Origin: a cyanobacterium endosymbiont of Braarudosphaera bigelowii
GTDB lineage: Bacteria > Cyanobacteriota > Cyanobacteriia > Cyanobacteriales > Microcystaceae
Assembly: GCF_020885515.1 (NCBI RefSeq)
Contig: NZ_AP024987.1
Span: 1,080,001-1,112,000 of the forward strand
DNA length: 32,000 nt
Direction: 5' to 3'
The notes beneath the pieces were generated by a model. The model was not told the DNA's origin, searched no databases, and was given only the letters and a program-made list of their open reading frames with translations. The translations under genes and the position numbers were made by a program. Each line of letters begins with the position of its first letter. Within the stretch, counting starts at the first letter, position 1. Below are positions 30,702-32,000 of this stretch, in pieces.

Positions 30702-31244
30702 ATGAAAATTGATAGGAATCAAAAATTAAAAACGTTATCAGGGCAAATGATAAGGCCTACTTCTTCAAAAGTAAAAGAAGCGTTATTTAATATTTGGCAA
30801 GGTAAAATCACAGGATCTTGTTTACTAGATTTATGTGCAGGAAATGGAACAATAGGTTATGAAGCTCTTTGTAGAGGTGCGACCCTAGTGGTCGGAATTG
30901 AAAAATACGGAAAAGCTTGTGCAATTATTAATACAAATTGGCTAAAACTTTCGAATTCTGAGCAAGATTTTAAGGTAATAAAGGGTGATGCTTTAAAAAG
31001 TCTGAACAATTTAAAGGAACAACAATTTAATTTTATTTACTTTGATCCTCCTTATAGGAGCAACTTATATCAACCTGTTCTTGAATTAATTGCAAGAACA
31101 AATATCTTAGCTAAAGATGGAGAAGTTGCTGTAGAACACGATCCAAGACTATGGAAAGCAAAAGAAATAAAAAGATTAAAAATTATAAAGGAGAAGCATT
31201 ATGGAAACACTAATTTAACTTTTTATCAGTCAAGTTTAGATTGA
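30702..31244 (+). CDS. rsmD: 16S rRNA (guanine(966)-N(2))-methyltransferase RsmD
   Basis: 180 aa; SGQMIRPTSSKVKEALFNIW, LLDLCAGNGTIGYEALCRGA, FIYFDPPY. Confidence 0.92.
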   Translation: MKIDRNQKLKTLSGQMIRPTSSKVKEALFNIWQGKITGSCLLDLCAGNGTIGYEALCRGATLVVGIEKYGKACAIINTNWLKLSNSEQDFKVIKGDALKSLNNLKEQQFNFIYFDPPYRSNLYQPVLELIARTNILAKDGEVAVEHDPRLWKAKEIKRLKIIKEKHYGNTNLTFYQSSLD

Positions 31245-31666
31245 AAAGAGCAAAGTTTTGATTTAGTCTAAATTTTATTTAATAATATAAATGATATATT
31301 CAAGAAGTGAAATATAAATAAATTATTGTTTCAAAAATTCTAATCTACAAAGGGTTATAAGAAAATTTAGGAAACACTTTGTTCTTGTATTCTAATTAAT
31401 GGGAAACAGAAAAATGATAAAAATAAATGATTAAGAACTAGAGTAATAGTACTGTTTAAGTACATATTTATTGTAGATCTATATAAACTCAATCTAGATA
31501 AGATAAGTTAGTTCGTTTTGACCGAAATACTTTATATCTTGACTTATATAAGCTAATTATTGCAGTAATTAGTAAAATCTTTTTTCTTACACATCAATAA
31601 AAGAATTTTTGATTAAAAATTAAAAATGAAAATAAACTAAAAGAATACACAATAGACAAGAATAAA

Positions 31667-32000
31667 ATGAGAACAAATATTCTTTCAGCTGAAAAAATAA
31701 GACAAGTATTAACTCGTTTAGCCTCTCAAGTAATTGAAAAATCGGGAAACTTATCCGATATTGTACTGTTGGGAGTTCATACTAGAGGAGTCCCTCTAGC
31801 TTTTATGTTGGCTCAGCAAATAGAAATATTGGAAGATTTTAAGGTTCCTGTTGGTTCTATAGATATTACTTTTTATAGAGACGATTTAGATAGAATCAGA
31901 ACGAGAACTCCGGCTAAGGCTATGTTTTCTTTCGATATAACCGGAAAGACTGTAATTTTAGTTGATGATGTTATCTATAAAGGAAGAACAATTCGTGCTG
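31667..32000 (+). CDS. pyrR: Bifunctional pyr operon regulator/uracil phosphoribosyltransferase PyrR, N-terminal part (runs off window)
   Basis: ATG 31667: [54 protein letters not shown]...[15 protein letters not shown]...[16 protein letters not shown] (PRPP-binding motif). Confidence 0.92.
   Translation, partial: MRTNILSAEKIRQVLTRLASQVIEKSGNLSDIVLLGVHTRGVPLAFMLAQQIEILEDFKVPVGSIDITFYRDDLDRIRTRTPAKAMFSFDITGKTVILVDDVIYKGRTIRA

Noticed and set aside
1-32000. CRISPR arrays, transposases, prophage, toxin-antitoxin or defence systems, tRNA/rRNA genes
   Set aside because: Looked for direct-repeat/spacer periodicity, transposase/integrase motifs and GTTCRA T-loop patterns by eye; none seen.

Overview
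AT-rich cyanobacterial window containing most of a nif gene cluster, followed by housekeeping and photosystem I genes. Plus-strand order: 3' end of nifH, nifD, nifK, nifE, nifN, nifX, small DUF683-type gene, nifW, hesA, hesB-like, fdxH, Cys-rich hypothetical, fused modBC, fdxB, small conserved ORF, LON-domain protein. After that come pmbA/tldE-like (-), yggT (+), mreD/mreC/mreB (-), ssb (+), psaF (+), psaJ (+, too short for the ORF track), COG0523/CobW GTPase (-), two small cyanobacterial ORFs (-), coaX (+), oppC/dppC-type permease (-), guaB3 (-), valS (+), rsmD (+) and a truncated pyrR (+). Gene content, protein sequences and AT richness suggest a UCYN-A / Candidatus Atelocyanobacterium thalassa-like or Crocosphaera/Cyanothece-lineage genome; this is inference, with no database search run. 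I found no new defence system, mobile element, CRISPR array or tRNA. The items most worth checking are: a perfect NtcA-type promoter architecture (GTAN8TAC-N22-TANNNT) upstream of modBC; a Cys-rich small ORF between fdxH and modBC; matching polypurine/polypyrimidine segments after nifD and nifK; very long perfect inverted repeats after psaJ (32 bp) and valS (22 bp, including the stop codon); and an unexplained 611 bp gap between nifX and the DUF683-type gene.
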